Virus record (IMG/VR): IMGVR_UViG_3300021399_000096
Length of the DNA stretch: 64,000 nucleotides
Source: a virus
Lineage: Duplodnaviria > Heunggongvirae > Uroviricota > Caudoviricetes
Strand: one strand, 5' to 3'
The position numbers and the translations under genes were made by a program. The notes beneath the pieces are model-generated. The model did not search any database. It had not been told where the DNA came from and saw only the letters and a list, made by a program, of their open reading frames with translations. Position 1 is the stretch's first letter; every line of letters starts with the position of its first letter. This document shows positions 1 to 11,144 of the stretch, in pieces.

Positions 1-563
1 AAATCACATTGTTCTATATCTCCAAGAAATATATATTTACTATTATATCCAATGCGCGTTATTAAAGATTTAAATATATCCATTGTAATATTCTAAGCTT
101 CATCCATTATTAAACCTGCATTATCAAATTGACAACCACGTATAAATGCTAATGGGACAACTTTAATTTTGTTCTATTCTATTAATTTTTTTCTTTGTTC
201 TTCACCAATTAATTTGTCAATATTATGAAAATATGATTGCATTGATGGCGATAATTTTTCTTCTAATGATCCTTTTAAAAATCCAACTTCTTCATGAGGA
301 ATTTGCGTAACAGATTTAACTAATAAAATTTGTTCTATTTGATTTTTTTCCAGCATTTTTAAAAATGAATACAAAGATAAAAATGTTTTTCCTGAACCTG
401 GTGTACCAGAACAAATAGTTACCTCATGTGTTTCGATAGATTTTAAAAATTCTTTTTGGCGAGGGTTCATGCATTTAATTTGTTTAACATGAAGCTTTTT
501 CTCTTCCTCAACAAATTCTAAAGTTTGTTTAGTTCCGTGAACTTTTTTACTTTTTCCACTCAT
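1..563 (-). CDS. phoH: PhoH-like ATPase. The gene is partial: it runs past the window start. It has 3 in-frame TAG sense codons at 174-176, 93-95 and 15-17.
   Basis: Walker A motif GTPGSGKTF is present. Reading through the TAGs in frame gives IRGCQFDNAGLIMDEA[TAG]NIT and FLGDIE[TAG]CD. These align with the PhoH motifs VDEAQN and GDIEQID, with each TAG on the conserved Gln. Confidence 0.8.
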
Positions 564-693
564 ATATAATTAAAATAATTTTGTTAATTTAGTTACCACT
601 GTAACTAAAATAAGTCAAATTTTATTATCAAAATATTTATTTTAATGTTTATAGAAAAACCAATCTCTATTTTTACTTTATAATATAAAATAT

Positions 694-1632
694 TTGTATA
701 TATTAAAAATGAAAAAAGAAATTAGTGTAGTTTTTATAGGGTTTTGGCCAACATTTAATATGAATGATAATATATTTCTCAATGTGCTAAAAATAAGATA
801 TGATGTAAATGTTTTAACTGAAGTAAATGAAAATACTAAAATAGATTTATTAATATATTCTTGTTTTTATAATAAAGACCAATATAATTTTATTAAAAAT
901 ACTAATTGTAAAAAATTATATTATTCTGGAGAAAATGATTTTCCTAATTTTAATGTTTGCGATTATGCAATGACGCAAAACAGGTTTGAATTCAATAATA
1001 GACATTTTTATCTTCCATACTGGTTTATGAGCCAATTACATTATGAAAATAATACATTATATGTTGATATAGATACCAATGGAGTAGATGATAGAAATTT
1101 ATTAAATCGAGATTTTTGCTCTTTTGTTGTTTCTAATAATTTTTGTTCTATGCCTATTAGAACTAAAATATTTAATGAAATTTCTAAATATAAACAAGTT
1201 GCAAGTGGTGGAAAATATTTGAATAATATAGGCAGTCTGGTTGATGACAAGAAAGAGTTTTTACAAAAATACAAATTTAATATTGCATCTGAAAATTCAA
1301 TAGTTAATGGATATATAACAGAAAAATTAATAGATGCATTTAATGCACATACTGTTCCAATTTATGCAGGGCCAAATGATGTTATAGATGAATTTAATCC
1401 GGATGCATTTATTAATTTGAATGACTTTGCTTCATTTGAAGAGATGCTTATGTATATTGAAAGAATTGATACAGATGATGAATTATATATGAATATGTTA
1501 AAAGCACCAAAAATTAAAGATAGAGTAATAGAATCTTTACAAAGACAATTTACAGATTTCCTGTTTTTTGTAGTTGAAGATAAAAGAAAATTCAATCATA
1601 AATACGGTCGAATTGGAATAATGAATAGATAA
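694..1632 (+). CDS. Glycosyltransferase family 10 (alpha-1,3-fucosyltransferase-like).
   Basis: The C-terminal motif FNIASENSIVNGYITEKLIDAF matches the GT10 signature FxxAFENS...DYVTEKL. The start may be the internal ATG at 709. Confidence 0.5.
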   Translation: MYILKMKKEISVVFIGFWPTFNMNDNIFLNVLKIRYDVNVLTEVNENTKIDLLIYSCFYNKDQYNFIKNTNCKKLYYSGENDFPNFNVCDYAMTQNRFEFNNRHFYLPYWFMSQLHYENNTLYVDIDTNGVDDRNLLNRDFCSFVVSNNFCSMPIRTKIFNEISKYKQVASGGKYLNNIGSLVDDKKEFLQKYKFNIASENSIVNGYITEKLIDAFNAHTVPIYAGPNDVIDEFNPDAFINLNDFASFEEMLMYIERIDTDDELYMNMLKAPKIKDRVIESLQRQFTDFLFFVVEDKRKFNHKYGRIGIMNR

Positions 1633-1876
1633 TAAACTTTATTTTTATAAATAAATATAATAATAAAACAGATAAACCAACGCAGAACTTTTTATTGGTT
1701 CTTGCAACTGGTTTTGATGTTTAGATTTAATGATTTGAGTGATTTATTTTATTTAAGTTTTTTGAATTTTATTTTAATAAGAATTTTTAAGTTTAAGTTT
1801 AATTTTATTGAACCTTTTTTGAAATATTTTATATAATTATTAAGTCGAAAATAATAAAAATTAATTTATATTTAAA

Positions 1877-2992
1877 ATGCAAGATTTTGATTCATTTTTT
1901 AATGCAAAACCAGTTGTTCAAGAACAACAACCAACACAATTAACAGAGTTTCGTCCTAATCCTAAAAAGGGGCAAAATGGAGTTTTTGAGGCGGTAGTTC
2001 GCTTCCTCCCTAATCCAAAGGATCCAGCAAACAAGTCTATTATTACTAAGTATTATGCTTATTTGACTCACCCGGTTTCACAAGTAAAGAAGACTATTGA
2101 TTGTCCTTCTACAGTTGGACAACAAGACCCAATTCAAAACACATTCTTTGCACTTCGCAATGCTGCTAATCCAGTTCTTCAAGAGAATTCTAAACAATTT
2201 TCTCGTAAGCAACAATTTGCGTCACTTGTTCAAGTTATCTCTTGTAAATCAGACCCAAGCCTCGTAAATAAGATTTTGGTTTGGAAATATGGTGTAAAGA
2301 TTTCTGAAAAGATTAATCAAGAAATGAATCCGCCTATGGGTGAAGGACATAACCCATTCAATCTTTTCACAGGACGTCCATTTAGCGTTCAGGTAAAAGA
2401 GGTTAGTGGATACCCAAATTATGACGCATGCCAATTTTTTGATTTAGCTCTCGAACAATCAGGTATGCGTATTGTAACGCCTAATGTGCAAGGTCAACCT
2501 CAAGTTTCTGTAGTAACTACTGCTACTATAGCAACGGAACAAGGTAAAGCTGCTGTATTTAATTATCTTAAGGAGAACGCTCCTGATACAGACAAATATG
2601 AATATCATCCTTGGACTACTGAGGAAACAGAATTTGTAAATGAGTGTATTCGAATTTATTCTAATCCTCAAGCATCTATTCAAGCTGCAGCAGCTGCTCA
2701 AAATCCTGGTGCACCACAAGTTGCAACACAACCAATGGCCGCTCAAACGGCTCAAGCACCAGTTCAACTTCCACAGATGCCAACACAAGTTGCTCAAGCA
2801 CCAACTCAAGCTACACCAGCACCACAATTTGGTCTTGACACTCTTGGTGTTGCACAAACTTCACCAGCAGGTTTCCAACCTACTAACATCCCTGGTGTAG
2901 ATGATTTGCTTAATCAAGCACCTCAACAAACAAATGCGGCACCAACTATGGCTCTTGATTTGAATGACGTTCTTAATGGACAGATTCTCTGA
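1877..2992 (+). CDS. ssDNA-binding protein, T4 gp32-like, with a Q/A/P-rich low-complexity C-terminal tail.
   Basis: GVFEAVVRFLPNPKDP...TIDCPS resembles the gp32 region AVIRFLPSKNDE plus the zinc-binding Cys cluster. The ORF is intact and GC-richer with biased codon usage, as expected for a highly expressed gene. Confidence 0.65.
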   Translation: MQDFDSFFNAKPVVQEQQPTQLTEFRPNPKKGQNGVFEAVVRFLPNPKDPANKSIITKYYAYLTHPVSQVKKTIDCPSTVGQQDPIQNTFFALRNAANPVLQENSKQFSRKQQFASLVQVISCKSDPSLVNKILVWKYGVKISEKINQEMNPPMGEGHNPFNLFTGRPFSVQVKEVSGYPNYDACQFFDLALEQSGMRIVTPNVQGQPQVSVVTTATIATEQGKAAVFNYLKENAPDTDKYEYHPWTTEETEFVNECIRIYSNPQASIQAAAAAQNPGAPQVATQPMAAQTAQAPVQLPQMPTQVAQAPTQATPAPQFGLDTLGVAQTSPAGFQPTNIPGVDDLLNQAPQQTNAAPTMALDLNDVLNGQIL

Positions 2993-3015
2993 TAATTGTT
3001 TTTAATAATTTATAA

Positions 3016-3050
3016 AAGACCCACTTAATAAAAGTGGGTCTTTATTTTTA
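3016..3050 (+). terminator. Rho-independent terminator.
   Basis: Perfect 11-bp stem aagacccactt / aagtgggtctt with loop aataa, followed by a T-rich tract. Confidence 0.7.
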
Positions 3051-3085
3051 ATAAATATATTGAAAAACAAGTAAATAAGATTATT

Positions 3086-5020
3086 ATGCAAAACTTTATT
3101 CCAGAAGAAGAAATACGAAGAGATTAGAAAATAGTTGATGATGGTTTTTATAATGAAGCATATTTAAGAGAAACTACTCCAATTGTTATAAAGAGAGAAA
3201 TTGGTCAGAAATATGGTCTTAACCCTAAGCAATGTTCAAAAGCAGAAACAATTGCACATGCAATATTATTATATTTAAGAACAATTAGAAATCAAAAAAC
3301 AATATTTACTTTAGATGATATTCATGATTTTTATAAATTGACTGACAATCTTGGTTCATATGACAAATTAAAACCATTTTTAGAATTAGAATCTAAATCA
3401 TTTATAGAATTTGTATTAAAGCACCAATATGATTATATTTTATCTAAATGTCCTGGAATTAAACCATACACATTAGATAATATAGATAAAATTACAATTA
3501 GCCGAGATCTCACTAATGGTTCTAGCAATGTTCGATTTTAGTTAGAACGATATAAAGCTATTAAAAAATATTATGATGAAACTTATGGAATAAAATAGAA
3601 TATAGCTAAAGAAACAAATAAATCTAAATATGATTTAGAAGTTTTATTTTCAGAAGAAACTTATGAAATTAGAGAATAGCTTGAAGAGATACTTGAAGAT
3701 TTTATAAATATGTGTTATGACACTTATGTATATTAGTCTCCTACACATATGAAAATATTACAATTATCTAAAAAATATAGAGAATTGCGTCGTGAAAAAA
3801 ATCCATATTACCATCCAAACCATATTCCAGATGAAGAAGAACAAAGATATATTAAATATAGTAATGCTTTATATCCTGTAACAGTTTTATATAATCATTT
3901 TGAGGATATTAATAAAAAAGAATAGAGAATAGAATACTCTATTAAATATTTTAATAAACAATTTAATGATTTAATTAATAAGAAAATTATTAGAACTTTA
4001 TTAGATAAGAATGTAAATATAGATGATATTAATATAAGTGAATTAAAGAAAGCTGATTTTGGATATTATTTTATTATTAATTATAGAAACGGAAAATTAT
4101 ATGCAAATTTTTTAATTTAGCCAGAGAGTTTAGATGTTTCAGATATGGATGAATACGTTAGAACAGCACATCATTTATTTCCAGAACATATTCATGGAGA
4201 TGCAATTAACTACGTGATGAAAGTAACAGTTAGACCTCTAAATAAAAGTTTAAATGAAGGTTTTGATTTTAATTAGATAAACTTAGCATTAGATGATTTT
4301 GATGATGAAGAACAAGTTCAACATGTAAAATCTAAACAAGTCTAGAATAGAGATTATACTAAAGAATATTTAGATTTGATGAATGCTGTTGTTGATTTAG
4401 GGCTTCCATCAGGTACTTTATGGTGCAAATATAATCTCGGTGTTAATCCAAATAAATTAAAATCTGCCAAAAAATGGTATGGTGATTTTTACGCATGGGG
4501 AGAAACAGAACCTAATAAATTAAAATATACATGGGATACATACACATTAGGAAATGAACAATTTGATTTATTTAAATATATGCGAGATAATTTTTATTCA
4601 AAATCTGGAAAAGCTGATAAATTATTAGCATTATTACCAGAAGATGATGCAGCTTATTAGAATATGCATATTGGCAATTATAAATTTCATATACCAACTA
4701 AAGAATAGTTTGAAGAACTAATATCTAATACAACTCATGAATATATTAAAAACTATAATGGGATTAATAAATTAAATGGGATGGCATTTATCAGTAAAAA
4801 TGGAAATACATTATTTTTACCGGGTAGTGGTATGATTGAGGAAAAATATTATGATAACCAATGCGGTTATTATTGGACATCGACTCTTGATGAAATTTCA
4901 TGTCATATGGCATTTAGATATTGGTTTAACCAAAATAGCATTTTTTATAGTTAGCGAAGAGACTATGAAGATCCAAGATATTATGGGTTTAATATCCGTC
5001 CGGTAATAAATTTAAGATAA
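3086..5020 (+). CDS. Large recoded protein of about 644 aa with about 12 in-frame TAG codons. It has a unique N-terminal region and a C-terminal FISUMP/DUF1566-like domain.
   Basis: A single frame is open from the ATG at 3086 to the TAA at 5018, apart from the TAGs. The motifs LGLPSGTLWCKYNLG, YGDFYAWGETE, YYWTSTL and GFNIRPV match the Fibrobacter-succinogenes-major-paralogous (DUF1566) domain. The ORF track shows only fragments 3338-3541 and 4376-4660. Confidence 0.65.
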
Positions 5021-5024
5021 AATT

Positions 5025-5798
5025 ATGAAAAAATATAAACAAATATTAGAAGCAATTAATAGAGGCATCTAGTTAGCACTAGATGATTTTGATGATGAAG
5101 AACCTATTATAAAAAATATTAAATCTAAACAAGTATAGAATAGAGACTATACTAAGGAATATTTAGATTTAATGAAAGAAGTTGTTGATTTAGGTTTGCC
5201 ATCAGGAACTTTATGGTGTAAATATAATCTTGGGTGTGATTGGAGGTTTTTAAATAAAGATCCTTATTATACTACATATTTAGATTGGTATGGTGATTAC
5301 TTTGCTTGGGGTGAAACAGAATTAGGGACAAAGCCAGAATATTCATGGGAAACATATAAATTTGGAAAAGAATTAACTAAATATAATAATAAAGATAATT
5401 TAAATACATTACTATCTGAAGATGATGCTGCGTATTAGAATAGTAATTTAAAGTTTTGCATACCAACACCTGAATAGTTTAATGAATTAATAAAAAATAC
5501 AATAAATAAACCAGTTGAAAAATATAGAAATGTATATTATTTAGATGGCTGGTTATTTATAGGGAAAAATGGTAATGAATTATTTTTTCCAGCATGTAAA
5601 AAATGTGGAGAAAAAGATGTAAATGAATATCCTACAAATGGAAATTATTGGACTAATACAGTTATTAATTCTAAAATTAATAATATGCAATATGGCATGA
5701 CATTAAATTTTAATACTAATAAATTAAAACCTGAAATTTTTTGTGCTTAGTGCGCTCGTTACAAAGGGCTTCCAATTCGTCCAGTAATAAATTTGTAA
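5025..5798 (+). CDS. Tandem paralog of the C-terminal half of the preceding gene: a FISUMP/DUF1566-like domain protein with 5 in-frame TAG codons.
   Basis: A single frame is open from the ATG at 5025 to the TAA at 5796. It carries LGLPSGTLWCKYNLG, GDYFAWGETE and GLPIRPVINL. Nucleotides 5087-5240 are a near-duplicate of 4293-4450. Confidence 0.65.
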
Positions 5799-5845
5799 AA
5801 ACAAAATTCTCTTTCATCATATAATTATTAACTAAATAATTAAAA

Positions 5846-7009
5846 ATGGAAGAGAATAATTTTTTAAAAATAGATTTTGATTCGTCAAGTTTGACAGCTG
5901 CTAATATAACTGAAGAACAATTTGAAGCTGGTATTCAAGAAAAAGTTCAGTTAATTCTACAAAAAGAATTTCCAGAAACTCGTCAAAAACAATATATTAA
6001 AAAGGAGACAACAGGAATTAATTTTGCTTGTCCTATTTGTCATGATTCTGCATTTGATCCAAGAAAGAAACGTGGGCATATTGCATTTAGAGGCCGTCAT
6101 GCAGGACTTTATACTTGTTTTAATAGTTGTGGATCTATGTCTCTAAAAAAGTTTTTTAAGTATTTCGGGACAGATCTTTCTTTGACAGATATAAATTATA
6201 TTTCAAATAATTATACTAATCCTGAAGCAAATTCTCAAGAACTTTCAAATAATATAACATCTAACATTATTAATAAAGAGGAAGCTTATAAATGGGCTAT
6301 AGACAGAAATTACATTAGGGATGTTTTAGGTTTGCAAGATATCGGGCGTGTAACAACACCAGTTGCATATAACTATTTAATTAATAGGTGTCAATATCAA
6401 AATCATGAGAGATTTTTATATTCAGACAAATATAATCAAATTCTTATATTGAATCTTGTTGATGACAGAGTTCTTGGAATGCAAATTAGAAATTTAACAC
6501 CAAGGCAAGGCCAACCTAAATATTTGACAATGACTATTGAAAAGATGCGTCAAACAATGCTTGGTGATAAAACACCAGTTCCAGAAACTATTCTCAAGCT
6601 CTCATTAATATTCAATATATTTAATGTTGATTTTGCACATACTTCATTTAAACCAATATTTGTGTGCGAAGGTCCATTTGATGCATTTTTATTACCAAAT
6701 TGTATAGCACTTGCTGGTGCTGGAAAAAACTTTGCAATGCAATTTCCATTTTGGTATATATTTGATAAAGATGATACTGGCAATGAACATGCAATGGATA
6801 AAATGAAACAGGGGTATAATGTTTTCTTATGGAGAAAATTTATGACAGAATTTAATATTCCGGAAATTAATCCATATATATCATCTGGAAATAAAAAGAA
6901 ATGGGATATAACAGATATTAAAAAGTATTTTAGAGATATAAAACTAAATCCACGAATAATATGGAGTAACTATTTTTCAAATAATTTATTAGATGCATTA
7001 AATGTTTAA
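5846..7009 (+). CDS. DNA primase, T4 gp61-like, with an N-terminal zinc ribbon and a TOPRIM domain.
   Basis: The CPICH...C motif forms the zinc ribbon. FVCEGPFDAFLL...DKDDTGNE gives the TOPRIM acidic residues. Confidence 0.6.
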   Translation: MEENNFLKIDFDSSSLTAANITEEQFEAGIQEKVQLILQKEFPETRQKQYIKKETTGINFACPICHDSAFDPRKKRGHIAFRGRHAGLYTCFNSCGSMSLKKFFKYFGTDLSLTDINYISNNYTNPEANSQELSNNITSNIINKEEAYKWAIDRNYIRDVLGLQDIGRVTTPVAYNYLINRCQYQNHERFLYSDKYNQILILNLVDDRVLGMQIRNLTPRQGQPKYLTMTIEKMRQTMLGDKTPVPETILKLSLIFNIFNVDFAHTSFKPIFVCEGPFDAFLLPNCIALAGAGKNFAMQFPFWYIFDKDDTGNEHAMDKMKQGYNVFLWRKFMTEFNIPEINPYISSGNKKKWDITDIKKYFRDIKLNPRIIWSNYFSNNLLDALNV

Positions 7010-7010
7010 A

Positions 7011-7047
7011 AGTGATTCAAAAATAACTGAATCACTTTTTATTTTTT
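7011..7047 (+). terminator. Rho-independent terminator.
   Basis: Stem agtgattca / tgaatcact followed by ttttatttttt. Confidence 0.65.
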
Positions 7048-7169
7048 CATTTTTCAAATAAAAATAAATAATAAAAGTATGATAATGCTTTAATTGCATA
7101 ATTGTATTTTTAATAGTTGTATATCTAAATAAATATAAAAAATAAAGATAAAAATATAAATTTAAAAAT

Positions 7170-10100
7170 ATGGGTAAAATTTCTATTGATTTAAATTCAT
7201 TTAAAGCTGCTGGTATTTATACTCTTGAGATTGATAATACTGCCAGAGTTGCAGATGAATCAGCTGAATCATTACGCATGTTAGTCGGTTTTTCTAATAA
7301 AGGCCCGTTCAATAGGCCCGTTCTTCTTACTGAAGATGCTGACCGACTTCGTATTTTTGGTGATGCTGATACAAAATTAGAGCATAAAGGCTGCTTCTTT
7401 AATAGAATGTTAAGAACCCTCGTAGCAGGCGGCCCTGTTATTGCACTTAATTTATTAAATGTTGACAAATCATATTCAGGTCCAGATCAAGTTAACCTTG
7501 CTGCAATGTCTATGGATGCAGGAACTGCAAATCCACGTGTTGCTGATGCAGGAACATATGGTGAATATGACTATTTAGCAGAGTCTATCGACAGTTCAGT
7601 ATATGGGACTAAAAAAGGCGATAATCTTCCTTATGTTGGTAAAACTCCATTTGCAAGTGTATATAACAGATCACGTTTCTGGGTTCCAGATAAAGATTTG
7701 TTAAATGCTGAAGCTGCGCGTTTATTAAATGCATAGGAAAATCCAACATCATACTCATTTGAAAATAGCAACTTGCTTAATTTTGTAAATGTTGGTACAG
7801 AAGAAATTTCTATTTTGGTATTTAAACCAACTAGTATGCCTGGGTATGAAGTAACTGCTGAATCATGGTTTGGCGGTCGTGAAAATATTCCATTTGGATG
7901 GGTTCGTCCATATGATAATATTTCTGATTACTTCCTTCAAGTAGTTTGTGTTAAAGGTAACTGGTCTAATTATCCAGTTCTTTCTACAGACCCAATATGG
8001 AAAGGATTCTTTAATAAGAACGGTATTATTAAGAGCCGTATTAATCAATTCATGAGTGCAGAAGGTGTTACTGTTTTAGGTTCATGGACAGGATGCATTA
8101 TTCCAGACTTTACTGACAAGCAAGGTAATATGCTTAACCTTGAAAAGAAAGTCAATGCTGCTACTGAAAGAACCGGTTTGTTAATGGCATTTAATAATGA
8201 TTTGGCAAATGTTCTTACATACGACTATTCTGGACTTGATACTACTTCTACAAATCCTGGTAAAGGATGTTGGGGATTAGATATTGATGGCAATAGCGAA
8301 GTCGGTGGCGGTGAAACTGAAGCTAAATATATCGTTGATATGGTTGGCCACCAAGTATTTATGGGTGCTGATAATATTTCTGGAGAAGATTGGAGTGAAG
8401 ATGCATCTGCAATTGCAAATGATCCTTCAATTAGTTCAGAATATAATTGGGTACTTAATAAATCCCGTAATAAACGTATTCATGTAGATCCTTCATTGTT
8501 TATATTTGAGATAACAGATTCATCTGTAGATATTAGTGTATATAATGCATCTACTGAAGGTAATTCAAATAAGCTAAATCCGGGTATTTATGTAAATAGT
8601 TCATTATTTTATAATCCAGCTCCAAAAAATGCAGATGATACATCAGTACAATATTCAGCAGCTGCAATTTTAGATAAAATTATGGTGTCTAAAATATATG
8701 TTATTGCTAATAGTGGTACTGTTTCTAAACCTTCTGCATTAAATATTACTAAAGTGGATAAAGTAAAGACACCAACTGGTGTAGATGCTTCTGTATTCTT
8801 TACATTAAATGAAAAAGAATATTGTCAATTACTTACTATTAATATTGATGGTAGCACTAATATTATTAATAGTGTTAATGGTAATGGATTAAAAAAGAAA
8901 AAAGAAACTGTTGATGGATCTGTTAATGGTATTAATTTCTTATCATACAATTATGTTGCAAATGCTTCTAATAGTATTCAAGAAACTATTAATGCCGTTA
9001 AATATTTCAATGATCCTTCACTTTGGACTATTAATGGTTCGGTAGGTGAAATGCCTATTTCAGAAGATACTAAAAATATGTTTATCATATATAGTGCAGA
9101 AGAATGGGTAGACAGCAAAATTAAATTAGGTGATTATGTAAAAAATATTACATATGAAAATAATGAAGGTGAAACTGAAGAATATCAACTTATCCCAGGT
9201 TTAACAAAAGTAATTAGAAAACAATTTGTTACTTTTAATGACGGAGAAATTACATATCAAGGTAAAAAATATAAATTTAATGCAGAGTACACTGATGTAA
9301 TTAATAATAAAAAAGGATTCTACTTAATTACTTGTACATCTCCAGTATTGATTAAAAAAGATAATAATAGTATTGATCGTTAGCTTCCAATTTCTGATGA
9401 TAGAATTTCAGGTTCATTGAGATTTATTCCAATGAAAGGTTTGACAATTACTTCTAAACATCGTCCTGGATATGATGCTAATGGTAATCTTAATATCGAA
9501 GAAGGTATTGAAAAAGTTTATTCAGTATTGAATGATGAAGGTATCAAACGTGGTTTAATGAATCCTGCAATGGTTGATTATCGCTACATTATCGACTCAA
9601 TGTCATATGGTCTTGCACCAGAACTTGGTGGTAAAGTATGGTTATCAAGAATAGCTGAAGAAAGAGGCAAATGTACTGCAATTCTTAACTTGCCATCAGC
9701 AAAACAATTTGCAGTAAGTTCTAATCCTTACTTCTGCGATACTTATACTCCAGGTGCTGAAGCTCGTCCATCAATGAATACTAAATATATTCCTGAAGGC
9801 GGTAATACTGAAATGGGTTCAACTGTTATTTTCAGCTTACCAAGTGAAGAAGATGGTGCTAAGTTTACTGCTTGCTTCTGGCCACACTTGATTTACCAAG
9901 AGAATGGTAAAGAGATTGTAGTTCCGCCAGCAGCTGATGTAGCAAATGTTTTGAATCGTAAATTTAATGGTATCAATGATCCATACGCAATTAGTGCTAA
10001 CCAAAATGGTATATTATCTAACAGATATCTCAAAGGTCTTGAGTTCTTAGCGGATTTAACAGATCGTGAATATCTTGAACCATTCGGTGTTAATACAATT

Positions 10101-10478
10101 ATTAAGGATCAAGGTTCTATCATGATTTATGGTAATCAAACAGCTTATCAGGCAATGAAGTCAGACTTTAATAAACTTCATGTTCGTGAAAATCTTAACA
10201 CTGCTGAAATTGAATGTGAGAAAGTTCTTAAGAAATATAACTTTAAATACAATACTCCTGCAGTTCGTGCAAATATTGTTCAACAGCTTACTCCAGTTCT
10301 TTCTGCAATGCAAATTTCTGGAGCATTAGTTAAATATGAAATTATTTGTGATGAAACTAATAACACTCCAGATGTTATTGAAGCAGATGCATGTGTTGTA
10401 GAAATCAACTTGTGGATGAATCACGGAATGGAGAAAATTATTCAAAAGTTCACACTTCAACGTTTATCGGATCAATAA
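7170..10478 (+). CDS. Contractile tail sheath protein, T4 gp18-like, about 1102 aa, with large insertions and two in-frame TAG codons at 7734-7736 and 9381-9383.
   Basis: Three ORF-track pieces (7170-7736, 7773-9383, 9417-10478) lie in one frame and are separated only by TAG. No ATG or RBS follows the TAGs. The C-terminus YEIICDETNNTPDVIEADACVVEINLW aligns with gp18 YRVVCDTTNNTPSVIDRNEFVATFYIQ. Confidence 0.75.
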
Positions 10479-10597
10479 TTCTGAAAAACATAATAAAGAA
10501 AAGAGAATCAAAGAAATTTGGTTCTCTTTTTATTTTATTAAAATTAAACTAAAATTAAAAATAAAGGAACCAAATTAAATGATTCCTTTTATTTTAA

Positions 10598-11044
10598 TTA
10601 AATATCAATATTTATTAGTGTAGAATTAATACCATATTCTTCAAGTGTTGTAGTCCAATCACATTCTCTCCATTCATATGGAAATGTATACCAGCCTTTA
10701 TTTGCTACATATAAATTTAATTCATAATATTCACTAATTAATTTTTTTAATGAAGGAATAATACCGCATGGTTTATCATCACCATAATAATTACGTGTCA
10801 TAAAACAACTGGGGTGTTCTTGATGAATAATTTCTCCATTTTTAATAACATAAAGGTATGCTGCATCACATGATAAATGATCACTATACACAAAATATAT
10901 TCCATCTCCATTTTCAATAAGTTGTTTTTTAATATCATTTAATGAATCTCTTAATGAAGTTGTCTCATTCAATGCTTTCTTAACTTCTTTAGCCACTGAT
11001 GCCATAATGCTTTCATATAAAGCTTTTTTGCTATCTTTTTTCAT
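10598..11044 (-). CDS. Leader-family paralog: a small protein with a conserved N-terminal motif ending in LNE.
   Basis: The N-terminus MKKDSKKALYESIMASVAKEVKKALNE is shared with the genes at 13234, 13666 and 52695. The ORF is intact and ends in TAA. Confidence 0.55.
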   Translation of the reverse strand: MKKDSKKALYESIMASVAKEVKKALNETTSLRDSLNDIKKQLIENGDGIYFVYSDHLSCDAAYLYVIKNGEIIHQEHPSCFMTRNYYGDDKPCGIIPSLKKLISEYYELNLYVANKGWYTFPYEWRECDWTTTLEEYGINSTLINIDI

Positions 11045-11144
11045 ATATTTAATTATGTTTTTTATTTATACAATATATTTATTTAGATTAAACCATTCCA
11101 AATTTTTGTATATAATTTATAATATAAAAATGTTTTATTAAATA

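Noticed and set aside
2459-2857. Minus-strand and alternative-frame ORFs inside the SSB gene (2249-2434, 2459-2857, 2640-2900).
   Set aside because: They are fully embedded in a well-supported + strand gene and arise from its low-complexity Q/A/P repeat region. They have no independent start context.
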